Positions 1 through 15,627 are shown, counted from the stretch's first letter. The stretch: 49,580 nt of DNA from Kofleriaceae bacterium (GCA_046597055.1 JBKJLC010000165.1:1-49580), one strand, 5' to 3'. Numbers and translations: made by a program. Notes: a model not told the origin generated them from the letters alone.

Positions 1-82
1 CGAACTCCCGCACGAGGCGGCCCATGAGTGGTTGCTTGATGAGGTGCTCGGGGAAGGTGAGCTTGACCCGCAGGTTCGTCAC
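1..82 (-). CDS. NIL domain-containing protein, 5' part (runs off window edge)
   Basis: Manual translation from GTG at 82 gives MTNLRVKLTFPEHLIKQPLMGRLVREF, which resembles the N-terminus of stand-alone NIL proteins (xRVxLTFPxxxIxxP). Confidence 0.6.
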   Translation of the reverse strand, partial: MTNLRVKLTFPEHLIKQPLMGRLVREF

Positions 83-208
83 GAACCCAAGCCTTGCCGC
101 CCGCCGGGCGGCCGTCCAGCGCGGCGCCGACCGGGCCGGCGTCTGGAGTGGGGTAATCCGGGGCGCCCGTCGGCGGCGGAGACAGGAATAATGCTGTCCC
201 CGTGCTGA

Positions 209-229
209 CTTGATACATACGCACTCAAC
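209..229. promoter_or_regulatory. HAIR-like (HspR-associated inverted repeat) operator upstream of dnaK
   Basis: CTTGATA-CATACGC-ACTCAAC versus consensus CTTGAGT-N7-ACTCAAG (11/14 matches, exact 7-nt spacer). It overlaps a TTGATA -35-like box, with TGcTACGCT extended -10 at 232-240. Confidence 0.7.
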
Positions 230-313
230 TTTGCTACGCTACCTTGTAACGAGAACCTCAGCATCCGTCTCGATCACATCGCTGTTCGTCAACATCTCCG
301 GGAGGAAGATCCC

Positions 314-2079
<1,766 letters not shown>

Positions 2080-2080
<1 letters not shown>

Positions 2081-3006
2081 TGTCCGCCCGGCGACGACGC
2101 GACTTCTACCTCGTGCTGGGCGTGGGCAAGGACGCCGACGAGGGCGACATCAAGCGCGCGTATCGCGACCTCGCCCGCAAGCACCACCCGGACCTGAATC
2201 CGGGCGGTGCCGAGCGCTTCAAGGAGATCAACGAGGCGTACGCGGTGCTGAGCGATGCCCAGGCCCGGGCCCGCTACGACCGCTGGGGTCACGACGGCGA
2301 GGGCGCCGGTGGGCTCGGCTCGATGGTCGACGCCGCCTCCGAGGTCCTCGGCGACGTGCTGCGCCGGCGCAAGAAGAAGCAGCCCGGGCGCGACCTGCGC
2401 TACACGCTCGAGATCTCGTTCGAGGAGGCCGCGTTCGGCTGCACCAAGACGATCCAGGTGCCGACCGAGCCGGGCGCGCCGGTGCCAGTGGGCGGGAAGC
2501 CGCGCGAGTTCTCGGTGGTGATCCCGCCCGGGACCCGCGAGGGCGCGATCAAACTGATGAAGGGCGAGGGCGAGATCGGGCAGGGCGGCGCGGCGCCGGG
2601 CGACCTGAACGTGATCGTGCGGGTGCGCGACCATGCGGTGTTCAAGCGCGAGGGCCAGGACGTGTGGTGCGAGGCCACGCTGACGGTGCCGCAGGCGGCG
2701 CTGGGCGCGGTGATCGAGGTGCCGACGATCGAGGGCCCGGTGAAGATGCGGATCCCCGAGGGTACCCAGACCGGCCGGGTGTTCCGGATCCGCGGGCGGG
2801 GGGTGCCGCGCGGGGCCGGGAAGAACGTGGCGCGTGGGGATCAGATGGTGAAGGTGATCGTGCGGACGCCGTCCGCGTTGACGCCGCGGCAGCGCGAGTT
2901 GCTGGAGGAGCTGGGGCGGTCGCTGGGGGAGGTGAGCCCGGTGGCCGGGACGGGGAGCGGGGCGGGGAAGGGGATCTTGAGGCGCGTGCGGTCGCTGCTG
3001 GATTGA
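2080..3006 (+). CDS. J-domain protein (class B DnaJ/CbpA-like, no zinc finger)
   Basis: [11 protein letters not shown] motif, [13 protein letters not shown], DnaJ C-terminal repeats ([13 protein letters not shown]); no CxxCxGxG; overlaps the dnaK stop. Confidence 0.9.
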
Positions 3007-3011
3007 GGAGC

Positions 3012-4676
3012 ATGGGTGGCGGCGTGGCGGGCGAGCGGGAGAGGGAGATGGGCTTGGCGAGGGAGCTGGACACGGAGAGGGGCACGGAGAGGGAGAGGGA
3101 GAGGGAGATAGACTCGGAGAGGGACACGGGGAGGGCGCGAGGCGCGGTGCTGGTTTGCGTGGCGGCGCTGCTCGGGTGTCGGGCGCCGGCGCAGCGGCCG
3201 TGGCTGGAGGAGGAGCCTGGGCAGCGTCATGTGCGGCCGGCGAGCCCGGTGGTGCGGGCGAGCGCGGAGGGCGAGCTGGCGGCGGCGCTCGCGAGCGGCG
3301 ACCCGGGGGCGATCGTGATCGCCGCGGCGCGGGTGGGGGCCGCGGGGGGCGAACTGTCCGGATCGCGGACAGCGATCGAGGCGGCGATCGATCGCGCGAC
3401 GGCGGCGGAGCTGGCGGCCGCGGCCGAGGTGGTGGAGGGCGAGCGCGAGCCGGCGCTGATGATCCGGGTCCGGCTCGCGAAGATCGCGGCGCACGTGGGG
3501 GGTGGCACCGAGGCGCGGGTCGACCCGGGGGTGATCGCCGTGCTGCTGCCGCTCACCGGGCGGTATGCGGCGCTCGGGGCCGACCTGCGGCTGGCGATCG
3601 AGCTGGCGCCGCTGGCGGGTGCCAAGCGCGTGTTCTTCGACACCCGGGGCGAGGCCGCCGGGGCGAGCGCGGCGGTGGATCGGGCGGCGGCGGCCGGGGC
3701 GATCGCGATCCTGGGGCCGGTCGGGCTACGCGAGGCCGAGGCGGCGGCGCTGCGAGCGGTCACGCTCGGGCTGCCGATCGCGCTGCTGGCGCCGGGCGAC
3801 GGGGCCGATCCCGACGCCGGCGTGTTCCGGCTGGTCGGCTCGCCCGAGCGCGAGGCGGTGGCGGCGGCGGCGATCGCGGTGGCGCTGGGGACGCCGACGG
3901 TGGGCGTGCTGGCGCCGCGCGACGACGTCGGCATCGCGGCCAGCGAGGCGTTCGTGACCGCGGCGGTGGCGGGCGGCCTCGCGGTCACCGCGCGCGGCCA
4001 CTACGACTCGAGCGGGACCGACCTCGAGCCCGACGTGAAAGACTTCCTGGGGCTGGAACCGGCGACCAACCCGCGGCTGGCGGCGCACCTGCGCAAGCGC
4101 GGCCGGCGCGGCTGGCAGTCGTTCTCGCCCGACGTGCCGTTCGCGCTGCTCTACGTGCCTGACCGCCACGATCGCGCGGCGCTGGTCGCGAGCTTCTTGC
4201 CGTATCTCGGGGTCGAGCTGCGTACCGTCGACTTTCCCGATCCCGATGTGCTGCGTCGGAAGCACGGCGGTCGCATCCCGCAGGTCGTGCAGCTGCTCGG
4301 CTCGTCGGGCTGGAACCATCCGTCGCTGCCGGTGCGCGGCGGGTCCGCGGTCGAGGGCGCGCTGGTGGTCGAGCCGTGCCCGGGGCTGCGCTCGACCGAC
4401 GGCGGCGAGGTCGCGGCCGGCTTCCGCGATCGGGCCGGCCGCGAGCCAGCCTCGGCCGCGCTCGAGGCCCACGACGCCTGGCGGCTGGTCGCGGCGGCGC
4501 GGGTGGCGGCGGCGCGCGCCGCCGAGCCGCGGGCGGCCTTCGTGGCGGCGCTGCGTGGGGGCCGGCTCGACGACGGCGCCTGCCAGTCGGCGACGGTGGC
4601 GGCCGATGGCCAGCTCGCCCGCGAGCCCGCGCTGCTCGGTGTCGAGAGCGGCGAGCTGGTCGAGGTGCCCTACTGA
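3012..4676 (+). CDS. LppC/LpoA-like penicillin-binding protein activator lipoprotein (periplasmic binding protein type 1 fold); start uncertain
   Basis: Lipobox-like LLGC after a hydrophobic stretch; IAVLLPLTGRYAALG, ILGP, FALLYVPD, VQLLGSSGWN motifs; GAGGAG directly before ATG 3012. Confidence 0.7.
   Translation: MGGGVAGEREREMGLARELDTERGTEREREREIDSERDTGRARGAVLVCVAALLGCRAPAQRPWLEEEPGQRHVRPASPVVRASAEGELAAALASGDPGAIVIAAARVGAAGGELSGSRTAIEAAIDRATAAELAAAAEVVEGEREPALMIRVRLAKIAAHVGGGTEARVDPGVIAVLLPLTGRYAALGADLRLAIELAPLAGAKRVFFDTRGEAAGASAAVDRAAAAGAIAILGPVGLREAEAAALRAVTLGLPIALLAPGDGADPDAGVFRLVGSPEREAVAAAAIAVALGTPTVGVLAPRDDVGIAASEAFVTAAVAGGLAVTARGHYDSSGTDLEPDVKDFLGLEPATNPRLAAHLRKRGRRGWQSFSPDVPFALLYVPDRHDRAALVASFLPYLGVELRTVDFPDPDVLRRKHGGRIPQVVQLLGSSGWNHPSLPVRGGSAVEGALVVEPCPGLRSTDGGEVAAGFRDRAGREPASAALEAHDAWRLVAAARVAAARAAEPRAAFVAALRGGRLDDGACQSATVAADGQLAREPALLGVESGELVEVPY
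3030..3135 (+). repeat. Purine-rich degenerate hexamer tract (GAGAGG-like)
   Basis: gagcgggagagggag...ggagagggagagggagagggagatagactcggagagggacacggg, with 6-nt periodicity. Confidence 0.75.
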
Positions 4677-4809
4677 GCTGCGCGCAGCGACGCGCGCTGA
4701 TCCGCAAGGCCCGACGCGGCTCCGGGCCCCGACCGACCGACCGCGCGAAGGGAGGGCGGGAAGCGCCATGCTCCGGCGTGCCGGGAGCGCATGGGCTAGA
4801 GTAGGCGTG

Positions 4810-5757
4810 ATGGACGCGCTGGCGACTCCTCCGGACCCGAGCGGCGAGGTCGCGCACACCCCCGTCAGTCCGCCCCGCCTGGGGCTGCGTCAGCTCGCGA
4901 TCCACGCCGGCCTGTTCGTCGCGACCTGCATCACGACCACGCTCGCCGGCGGCCCGGCGTTCGCCGCCACCCTGATGACGATCCTCGTCTGCCACGAGAT
5001 GGGCCACTACGTGATGGCGCGCCGGTATCACCTGGACGTCTCGCTGCCGTACTTCATCCCGCTCCCGCCGATGGTGTCGCTGGGCACGCTGGGCGCGGTG
5101 ATCCGCATGCGGGCGCCGATCCAGCACCGCGACGCGCTGATCGACGTCGGGGCGGCCGGGCCGATCGCCGGGCTGATCGTCGCGATCCCCGCGTTGATCA
5201 TCGGGCTGTCGCTGTCCGAGGTCGGCCCGATCCCGCCCGAGACCGTGCTCGAGGGCAACTCGATCGCCTACGGCCTCGTGAAGCTCGCGATGTTCGGCCG
5301 CTGGCTGCCCGGCGATGGCCTCGACGTGCAGCTCCATCCGATGGCGTTCGCGGCCTGGGTCGGCCTCCTGGTCACGATGATCAACCTCATCCCGATCGGT
5401 CAGCTCGACGGCGGCCACGTCATGCGGGCGTGGCTCGATGATCGCCACGAGCGCATCAGCGCGGTGCTGCACCGCGGCCTCGGCGCGGTCGCCCTGGTGG
5501 CCGGGGCCGTGCTCTACACGATCGCGCGCGACGCCGGCGGGGGCCGCAGCGCCGCGCTCGGCTACGCCGCGTACGGCGTGATGCCGTGGCTGGTGTGGGC
5601 GATCGGGCTGTACGTGATGCGCCACATGGGCGACGGCGACTATCACCCGCCGGTGTCGGGACCGCCGCTGTCGCCGGCCCGCCGCCGGCTGGCGGTCGCG
5701 ATGGTGATCGTCTTCTTGGTCCTGTTTGTCCCGGTCCCGATGCGGCCGACGCTGTAG
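4810..5757 (+). CDS. Site-2 protease (peptidase M50)
   Basis: HEMGH zinc motif, GAAGPIAG, NLIPIGQLDGGH; several transmembrane segments. Confidence 0.92.
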   Translation: MDALATPPDPSGEVAHTPVSPPRLGLRQLAIHAGLFVATCITTTLAGGPAFAATLMTILVCHEMGHYVMARRYHLDVSLPYFIPLPPMVSLGTLGAVIRMRAPIQHRDALIDVGAAGPIAGLIVAIPALIIGLSLSEVGPIPPETVLEGNSIAYGLVKLAMFGRWLPGDGLDVQLHPMAFAAWVGLLVTMINLIPIGQLDGGHVMRAWLDDRHERISAVLHRGLGAVALVAGAVLYTIARDAGGGRSAALGYAAYGVMPWLVWAIGLYVMRHMGDGDYHPPVSGPPLSPARRRLAVAMVIVFLVLFVPVPMRPTL

Positions 5758-5766
5758 GATCACCCG

Positions 5767-6522
5767 GTGCGCGTCGAGTGCGATCGCTGTCACCGCGTGG
5801 CTGCCGCCCATCTGACCGTGGTGCCCGTCGACGGCGACGGCCGCGGGCCCGACGGCCGCTTCGACATCGCCCATGCGTGCGAGGCCTGTGGCGCGAGCAC
5901 GCGCTACCAGCCGCCGGGCGCGGGGCCGGTCGCCGCGCCCGGCGGCCGCGAGTGTCCCAAGTGCGACGCGCGGGTCGGGTCGAGCGCGGCCTGTCCGCGC
6001 TGCGGCCTCGCCGCCGACCGGATGGACGGGTTCGTCGTCGACGAGCCCGTGCCGGCCTCGCTCGAGGCGGCGTGGGCGACCTGTCGCGCCAGCTGGGACG
6101 ACCCCGCCGCGCACGATCGGGTCGCCGAGCTCGCGCTGGTCCACGAGCGCTACCCGTGGCTGGCCCGGCACTACCGCACGGTGCTGCGCGACCGGCCCGA
6201 CGACGCGGTCGCGGCCGCGCGCCTGGCCCGCATCGCGCGCATGGCCGAGGCCGCGATGCGGGCGACCGCCTCGCCACCGGCCGCCGCGAGAGCGAGCCGG
6301 ACCGGCACGTACGCGATCATGATCCTCGCGGTGCTGGTGATCGCCGCCGGCCTGTTCTACGCGGTCCGCCTGCTCGGCGCGCGCGGCAGCGAGCCGACGC
6401 CGCGGGCCCGCACGCCGGCGGAACCGGTCCGGGCCACGCCTCGACTCCCGGCCCGGCCCACGCCGGTGGCCCCGGCCCCACCCGCAGCGGCCGCGCCCAC
6501 CGCTACCCCACCGCCGGATTGA
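5767..6522 (+). CDS. Zinc-ribbon membrane protein with Pro-rich tail
   Basis: Four CxxC pairs (CDRC, CEAC, CPKC, CPRC), one TM helix near the C-terminus, Pro/Ala tail. Confidence 0.65.
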   Translation: MRVECDRCHRVAAAHLTVVPVDGDGRGPDGRFDIAHACEACGASTRYQPPGAGPVAAPGGRECPKCDARVGSSAACPRCGLAADRMDGFVVDEPVPASLEAAWATCRASWDDPAAHDRVAELALVHERYPWLARHYRTVLRDRPDDAVAAARLARIARMAEAAMRATASPPAAARASRTGTYAIMILAVLVIAAGLFYAVRLLGARGSEPTPRARTPAEPVRATPRLPARPTPVAPAPPAAAAPTATPPPD

Positions 6523-6561
6523 ATCGCGATCCGGTGGGCGCTACGCTCGATGCCGGGCAGC

Positions 6562-7227
6562 GTGGCGCAGGTCGATTTCAACGAGCGGCAGCTGACCCTG
6601 AAGCTGGTCTACTTCGGACCCCCGCTGTCGGGCAAGACGACCAACCTCCGTGCCCTGCACGGCTCGGTCGACGCGCTCAACCGCGGGCGCCTGATGACGC
6701 TCGAGACCCGCGACGACCGCACGCTGTTCTTCGATCTCCTGCCGATCTTCTTCCGGTCGAACGGCCTGTCGTTCCGCATCAAGGTCTACACCGTGCCCGG
6801 CCAGCCGATGCACGAGGCCACCCGCCGGGTCGTCCTGCAGGGCGCCGACGGCATCGTCTTCGTCGCCGACTCCAGCGCTGGCAAGGCCGCGGCCAATCGC
6901 GATTCTTGGGCCGGCCTCGGCAAGAACCTGGCTGACCTCGGGGGCCGGGTGCCGGTGATCGTGCAGTACAACAAGCGCGATCTCCCCGACGCGGTCGCGC
7001 TGGCCGACGCCGACCACTTTGGCGAGCCCGACCGGGTCCTGCACCCGGCGCGCGCGGTCGACGGCGAGGGCGTGCTCCCGACCTTCCTGGCGGTGCTGCG
7101 CGCGACCTGGGATCAGCTCGAGGTCTCGTTGCGGCTCGGCGAGCGGTTCGGCCTGGCCCGCGACGACTTCATGCGCACCGTGTGCGTGCATGTGGGCGGC
7201 GATGAACGTGATATCGTAGCCGAGTGA
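6562..7227 (+). CDS. MglA-family small GTPase (no adjacent mglB); start 6562 or 6550
   Basis: GPPLSGKTTN (G1), RTLFFD, YTVPGQ (G3), QYNKRD (G4). Confidence 0.88.
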   Translation: MAQVDFNERQLTLKLVYFGPPLSGKTTNLRALHGSVDALNRGRLMTLETRDDRTLFFDLLPIFFRSNGLSFRIKVYTVPGQPMHEATRRVVLQGADGIVFVADSSAGKAAANRDSWAGLGKNLADLGGRVPVIVQYNKRDLPDAVALADADHFGEPDRVLHPARAVDGEGVLPTFLAVLRATWDQLEVSLRLGERFGLARDDFMRTVCVHVGGDERDIVAE

Positions 7228-8440
7228 TGGAACGGCCAACCGGCGAGGGCGCCGGCGAGCCTCGGGATCGCGACCGGCTCGACCCGCTCGACCAGCCCGT
7301 CGAGCTCGTGCAGCTGCTGTCGGCTGCCGAGCTCGGTGAGCTCGCGAGCAGCTTCGCGCGCGCGCACCAGTGCGGCGTCGCGATCCTCGATGGCAGCGGC
7401 GTCCTGCTCGCGGGCACCGACGTGTCGGGCACCGACGGCCCGCGCGCGCCAATCGTCCACAGCGGCGAGGCGCTGGGCTGGGTCGTGATCGACGGCGGGC
7501 CGCCCGAGGTCGCGGGCCACGTGGTCGAGGTCCTCGACGTCATCCTCCACCACGCGCTGGCCCGGCAGCTGACCGGGGTCGCGCACGAAGCGGTGGTGAC
7601 CCAGACCTTCACCGAGCTATCGCAAAAGAACCGCAGCCTCGAAGCCGCGATGCAGCGCATGCGCGACGCCGACCGGGTGAAGTCGAACTTTCTCGCGACG
7701 ATGTCGCACGAGCTGCGAACGCCGCTCACGTCGGTGATCGGCTACTCCGAGATGATGCTCGAGGGGCTGGCCGGACCGCTGTCCGACGAGCAGCGCGACT
7801 ACATGACGACGATTCTCGGCAAGGCCGATCAGCTCCTGCAGCTGATCACCGCGGTGCTCGACATGTCGCGGGCGGAGACCCACCAGCCGCAGGTGGACGC
7901 GGCGGCGGTCAGGCTCGCCGACGTCGTCGACAGCGTGGTGGCGAGCTTCTCGCCACAGGCGCGCAAGCGGCACATCACGGTCGACGCCGCGATCGAGCAC
8001 CGCTTGCACGCCCTCGGGGATCGCAGGCAGATCCGCCAGGTGTTATGGAACCTGGTGTCGAACGCGGTCAAGTTCACGCCGGACGGTGGCCACATCACCG
8101 TCGGGCTGCGGCTGGGCCCGCTGGTGCCGGGGGGCGCTGCGTCCCGCCCCGATCATCGCTGGGGCGCGCACCTCGAGGTGATCGACGACGGCATCGGGAT
8201 CTCGCGCGAGCAGCTGCCGCACATCTTCGAGCCGTTCTTCCAGGTCGACTCGTCGTCGACCCGCGAGTACGGCGGCAGCGGGCTCGGGCTGGCGCTGGCC
8301 AAGGCCTACGTCGAGGCGCACGGCGGCCGGCTCTGGGTCGACTCGACCCCGGGCAGCGGCAGCACGTTCGTCGCCTCGTTCCCGGTGCCGGCCGACGACG
8401 TCCGGGCCGCGCTCGAGCGGTCGACCAAGGCCTCTGAATA

Positions 8441-8441
<1 letters not shown>
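7227..8441 (+). CDS. Cytoplasmic sensor histidine kinase
   Basis: SHELRTPL H-box, NLVSNAVKFT N-box, DDGIG, FEPFFQ, GSGLGL. Confidence 0.93.
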
Positions 8442-10989
<2,548 letters not shown>

Positions 10990-11079
10990 CCGGCGCTGCA
11001 GGCGAGGGCGTGCTGGTCGGCCCCGAGCGGGTCGACGAGGCGGTGCCATGTCGCTGGCGACGATGTGCTAAGAGGGACC

Positions 11080-11838
11080 GTGGATCCTCAACGTCTCAGG
11101 CAGTTGCTCGACGAGGTTGCCCGTGGGGCGGTGACCGCGGCCGCGGCCGCGACCGAGATCCGCGCCGGCGCCGCTCAGGCGCTCGCGCTCGACGGCGCCG
11201 TGATCGACCTCGCCCGCGAGGCGCGCACCGGGGTGCCCGAGGTCGTGCTCGGCGAGTGGAAGACCGCCGAGCAGATCGCCGCGATCATGACCGCGATGGC
11301 CGCGACCGGGCACGGCGCGCTGGCGACCCGGATCGCGCCCGACAAGGCCGACGGCGTGCGGGCGCTGGCGCCCGAGGTCGAGCACGTGGCGAGCGCGCGC
11401 GCGCTGGTGATGCGAGCCCGGGTGGCGCGACCGCCGGCCGGCACCATCGCGGTGGTGTGCGCCGGGACCAGCGACCTGCCGGTGGCCGAGGAGGCGGTGG
11501 TCACCGCCGAGTTCCTGGGCGCCAGCGTGCGCAAGATCGTCGATGTCGGGGTCGCCGGGCTGCACCGGCTCCTGGCCCGACTGTCCGAGATCCGGACGGC
11601 GGATGCGGTGGTGGTGATCGCCGGTATGGAGGGCGCGCTGCCCTCGGTGATCGCGGGGCTGATCGACCGGCCGCTGATCGCGGTGCCGACCAGCGTCGGC
11701 TACGGGGTCGGCGCCGGCGGCCTGGTCGCGCTGGCCACGATGCTGTCGTCGTGCGCGCCCGGGGTGACGGTGGTGAACATCGACAACGGCTTCGGCGCCG
11801 CGGTGGCGGCGGTGCGGTGCGTGCGGAGGCGGGCGTGA
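11080..11838 (+). CDS. larB: Nickel-pincer cofactor biosynthesis protein LarB
   Basis: [59 protein letters not shown]. Confidence 0.93.
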   Translation: MDPQRLRQLLDEVARGAVTAAAAATEIRAGAAQALALDGAVIDLAREARTGVPEVVLGEWKTAEQIAAIMTAMAATGHGALATRIAPDKADGVRALAPEVEHVASARALVMRARVARPPAGTIAVVCAGTSDLPVAEEAVVTAEFLGASVRKIVDVGVAGLHRLLARLSEIRTADAVVVIAGMEGALPSVIAGLIDRPLIAVPTSVGYGVGAGGLVALATMLSSCAPGVTVVNIDNGFGAAVAAVRCVRRRA

Positions 11839-13409
11839 CCGCCGGTCGCGACCGCGGCGATCCGCGCGGGCTGCACCTGCACATCGACGGGGCCAGCGGG
11901 ATCGCCGGCGACATGACGCTGGGCGCGCTGTTCGATCTCGGGGTGCCGGTCGCGGTGGTCGAGGACGCGCTCGACCGGCTCGGCGTCGGCCGGGCCCGGC
12001 TGCAGGTCGGCCGGGTCGTGAAGTCGGGGATCGCGGCGGTCAACGTGCAGGTCGACGCCCGCGGCGAGCTGGGCGGCGGTCATCGCCACGGTGACCCGCG
12101 CGTCGACGCGCCGGTCGCGACGCCGGCGGCCGACTCGACCTACGACCACGGTCCTGGCCTCGACCACACCCACGACCACGGCAACCGGCGCGACCATCGC
12201 GATCACGACCACGAGCAGCACGCGCACGAGGACGCCCACCACGGCGACCACGTCGATCTCTCGCACGACCACGCCCACGGGCTGGCGCACGAGCACGCCC
12301 ACGGGCTGGCGCACGAGCACGCCCACGAGCCGGCGCACGAGCACGCCCACGCGCCGGCGCACGACCACGCCCACGCGCCGGCGCACGACCACGCCCACGC
12401 GTACGGGGCGGGCGACGAGGCGCACGGGCGCGGCCACGCGCACCATCACTATGCGGACATCCGGGCCCGGCTGCTGGCCGCCGGCCTGGGCCCGGCGGTC
12501 CTGGCCCGGGCCCTCGACATGTTCGACCGGGTGGCGCGGGCCGAGGCCAAGCTGCACGGCACCACCGTCGACGCGGTCGCCTTCCACGAGGTCGGGGCGA
12601 TCGACTCGATCGTCGACATCGTCGGCACCGCCGCCGCGCTGGCGTGGCTGGCGCCGACCGCGGTGACCTGCAGCGAGGTGGCGATGGGGCACGGCACCCT
12701 GCGCTGCGCGCACGGCGTGCTGCCGGTGCCGGCGCCGGCCGCGCTCGAGATCCTGCGCGAGGCCGGTGGGGTGATGACCTCCGGCGGGGTCGCCCGCGAG
12801 CTGACCACGCCGACCGGCGCGGCGATCCTGGCCCACGCGGTGACCGCGTGGACGCCGGCGCCCACCGGGGCCGCGGTCGCGGTCGGGTGGGGGGCTGGCG
12901 ACATGGAGCTGGCCGACCGCGCCAACGTCGTGCGCATCACGGCGATCGCGCCGCGGGTGGTCGCGGACGCGCTGTGGCGGCTCGAGGCCAACATCGACGA
13001 CATGAGCCCGGAGCTGGCGGCGCACGCGATCGACGCCGCGCTGGCGGCGGGTGCGGTCGACGCCTGGTGGACCCCGATCACGATGAAGAAGGGCCGGCCG
13101 GCGCTGCTGTTCGCGGCGCTGGCGCCCGACGGCGCCCGCGACCGGGTGGTCGCGGCGGTCCTGCGCGAGACCACGTCGATCGGGATCCGGTTCGACCGGG
13201 TCGACCGCACGATGCTGGCCCGCGCCCAGGTGCGGGTCGAGACCGAGTACGGGCCGATCGCCATCAAGGTCGCTCGCGACGACGCCGGCAACGTGGTCAA
13301 CGCTGCCCCCGAGCACGACGACTGCGCGGCCGCCGCATCCCGCGCCGGGGCCCCGCTCAAGGACGTGTATGCCGCCGCGGTCGCCGCCTGGCGCTCCGCC
13401 CGGTCCTGA
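11835..13409 (+). CDS. larC: Nickel-pincer cofactor nickel insertase LarC with long His-rich insert
   Basis: [74 protein letters not shown]. Confidence 0.93.
   Translation: MTAGRDRGDPRGLHLHIDGASGIAGDMTLGALFDLGVPVAVVEDALDRLGVGRARLQVGRVVKSGIAAVNVQVDARGELGGGHRHGDPRVDAPVATPAADSTYDHGPGLDHTHDHGNRRDHRDHDHEQHAHEDAHHGDHVDLSHDHAHGLAHEHAHGLAHEHAHEPAHEHAHAPAHDHAHAPAHDHAHAYGAGDEAHGRGHAHHHYADIRARLLAAGLGPAVLARALDMFDRVARAEAKLHGTTVDAVAFHEVGAIDSIVDIVGTAAALAWLAPTAVTCSEVAMGHGTLRCAHGVLPVPAPAALEILREAGGVMTSGGVARELTTPTGAAILAHAVTAWTPAPTGAAVAVGWGAGDMELADRANVVRITAIAPRVVADALWRLEANIDDMSPELAAHAIDAALAAGAVDAWWTPITMKKGRPALLFAALAPDGARDRVVAAVLRETTSIGIRFDRVDRTMLARAQVRVETEYGPIAIKVARDDAGNVVNAAPEHDDCAAAASRAGAPLKDVYAAAVAAWRSARS
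12264..12401 (+). repeat. 24-nt tandem repeat, 5 full + 1 partial copy, encoding H[DE]HAHxxA
   Basis: cacgaccacgcccacgggctggcg / cacgagcacgcccacgggctggcg / ...gagccggcg / ...gcgccggcg / ...gcgccggcg / cacgaccacgcccacgcg. Confidence 0.9.
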
Positions 13410-13446
13410 CGCGCCGGCGTGGGCCATCCAGGGTACTCTCGCGGCG

Positions 13447-15627
13447 GTGCCTGGACCGAGCCGCATCGCCGTGGTCGGGGGCACTGTCCCCGAGCGCGAC
13501 CACGTGGTCGCGGCGCTGGCGGGGCACCAGCTCCACGCCGCCAGCTTCGGTCAACTGACGCTCGATGACGCCACCAGCCTGCCCAGCCTGGTGATCGTCG
13601 TGGGCGCTCGCACCGAGGTGCTGGTCGCCGCGGCCCGGGCCGCGCCGCCGCTGGCCGACGTGCCGGTGCTCGCGATCACCGACGACCCGGTCGCCGCGAT
13701 CGACGCCGGGGCGACCGACACCGCGGTGCCTCAGCTCGAGGCCCGCGCGCTGGCCCACCGGGTCATGAACCTGGTCACGCTGGGCCGCCTGCGCGGGCCG
13801 TGGACGCCGGGCTCGCTGGGGCCGATCCTGGTCAAGGTCAACGACATCCTGGCCGCCCAGGGCGACGACATCGGCGCGCTGACCGAGGTGCTCGAGCTCA
13901 CCCGCGAGTGCCTGCAGTTCGACCGGGCCTCGCTGATCGCGCACGTCGAGGGCTCCGAGCACGGCTTCGTGATCGCCGCCACCGATGACCCGGCGCGCTC
14001 GCAGTTCACGCTGGCGATCGCCGACTACCCCGAGATCGCCGAGGCGATCCGGACCGGGGCGCCGGTGCTGATCGACGACGCCACCGCGCACCCGCTCACT
14101 GCCGAGCAGGCCCGTCCGCTTGGCGGGCGGGTGCGCGGCGTGTGCGTGTTCCCGGTCACGTGGCGCGGCCGACCGCTCGGCGCGATCTTCCTGCGCAAGG
14201 GCGCGCCCGGCGCGCGCCACGTGGTCGGGCGCGGCGCCGAGTTCCTGCAGCTGATCGGCTCGCTGACCGCGGCCCACCTGCGCCACGGCGCGGTGCTCGA
14301 GAGCTTGCGCGAGCAGACCAACCGGATCTCGCGGTTCCGCTACGAGGCGGAGCGCCGGCTGCGCGGCATCGAGTCGCTCAAGGAGCACTTCGAGGCCGCC
14401 GCCGACGGCGTCGCGATCGTCGACGATCAGTCGACCGTGCTGTTCATCAACCGCGCCGCCGAGCGCATCACCGGCTTCGCGCGCGCGACCCTGGTCGGCC
14501 GGCCGCTGTTCGACCTGGTCGCGGCCGACTCGGCCTCGGTGGTGGCCGAGGTGATCGAGAAGGTGCTGGCCGGCGGCAACGTCGACGCGTTCGACCTCGA
14601 TCTTGCCGCCACCGCCGGCGAGCGCCTGACCGTGTCGATGTCGAGCTCGACCGTGCTGGCCGGCACCGGCGCGGCGATCCTGACCTTCCGGGACGTCACC
14701 GCCCAGCGTTCGCTCGAGGGCGAGCTGCGCGCGACCAAGGACTTCCTCGAGCGCCTGATCGACTCGACGGTCGACGCGATCGTGGCCGCCGACATGCGCG
14801 GCAACGTCATCCTGTTCAACCAGGGCGCCGACCGGTTGTTCGGCTACCAGGCTGACGACGTGATCGGCAAGATCCCGGTGTGGCGGCTCTACGACGAGGG
14901 CGTCCCCCGCCAGATCATGCGCATGCTGCGGTCGACCTCGCATGGCGGCGTTGGCCACCTCGAGCAGACCCGGCGCGAGATCAAGGGCAAGAGCGGCGAC
15001 CTGGTCCCGGTCAACATGACCGCTTCGATCATCTACGAGGACGGCAAGGAGGTCGCGACCGTCGGCATCTTCAGTGACCTGCGCGACCGGATCCGTATCG
15101 AGCAGCGGCTGCTGCAGGCCCAGGAGAAGCTGCAGATCACCGAGAAGCAAGCGCTGGTCGCCGAGCTGGCCGGTGCCGCCGCGCACGAGCTCAACCAGCC
15201 GCTCACGTCGATCCTCGGCTACGCCCAGCTGATCCAGCGCCAGAGCCCGCCCGAGGCCAGCCACCTGCGCGCGGTCGCGGTGATCCGCGAGCAGGCCGAG
15301 CGCATGGCCGACATCGTCAAGAAGATCGGGCGCATCACCCGGTACGAGACGATGCCGTACGTCGGTGGCGCGTCGATCCTCGACCTCGAGCGGTCGACCG
15401 CGGGCGCGGTCGAGATCACGCCGGTCACGTCGAGCACCAGCGAGACCTCGGTGACCGACAGCAGCGGTGAGGAGAGCATCGAGGGTGGCCGCACCCGCGA
15501 GTTCAGCGCGGTCCGGATCCACCCCGACATGCGGGCCGGGCTCGACGACCTGCTCGACGATCCGGCCACCGACGTCCCGCGCCGGGCCGACGAAGAGACC
15601 CGGGTCGGCAAGGTGCCCAAGCGATGA
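13447..15627 (+). CDS. GAF/PAS/PAS/HisKA signalling protein lacking a recognisable HATPase domain; start uncertain
   Basis: Degenerate receiver-like N-terminus, GAF-like segment, two PAS ([22 protein letters not shown]), AHELNQPL H-box; no N/G boxes afterwards. Confidence 0.8.
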   Translation: MPGPSRIAVVGGTVPERDHVVAALAGHQLHAASFGQLTLDDATSLPSLVIVVGARTEVLVAAARAAPPLADVPVLAITDDPVAAIDAGATDTAVPQLEARALAHRVMNLVTLGRLRGPWTPGSLGPILVKVNDILAAQGDDIGALTEVLELTRECLQFDRASLIAHVEGSEHGFVIAATDDPARSQFTLAIADYPEIAEAIRTGAPVLIDDATAHPLTAEQARPLGGRVRGVCVFPVTWRGRPLGAIFLRKGAPGARHVVGRGAEFLQLIGSLTAAHLRHGAVLESLREQTNRISRFRYEAERRLRGIESLKEHFEAAADGVAIVDDQSTVLFINRAAERITGFARATLVGRPLFDLVAADSASVVAEVIEKVLAGGNVDAFDLDLAATAGERLTVSMSSSTVLAGTGAAILTFRDVTAQRSLEGELRATKDFLERLIDSTVDAIVAADMRGNVILFNQGADRLFGYQADDVIGKIPVWRLYDEGVPRQIMRMLRSTSHGGVGHLEQTRREIKGKSGDLVPVNMTASIIYEDGKEVATVGIFSDLRDRIRIEQRLLQAQEKLQITEKQALVAELAGAAAHELNQPLTSILGYAQLIQRQSPPEASHLRAVAVIREQAERMADIVKKIGRITRYETMPYVGGASILDLERSTAGAVEITPVTSSTSETSVTDSSGEESIEGGRTREFSAVRIHPDMRAGLDDLLDDPATDVPRRADEETRVGKVPKR

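Noticed and set aside
12264..12401. 24-nt repeats as a possible CRISPR array
   Set aside because: No spacers; head-to-tail, in-frame coding repeat inside larC; no cas genes.
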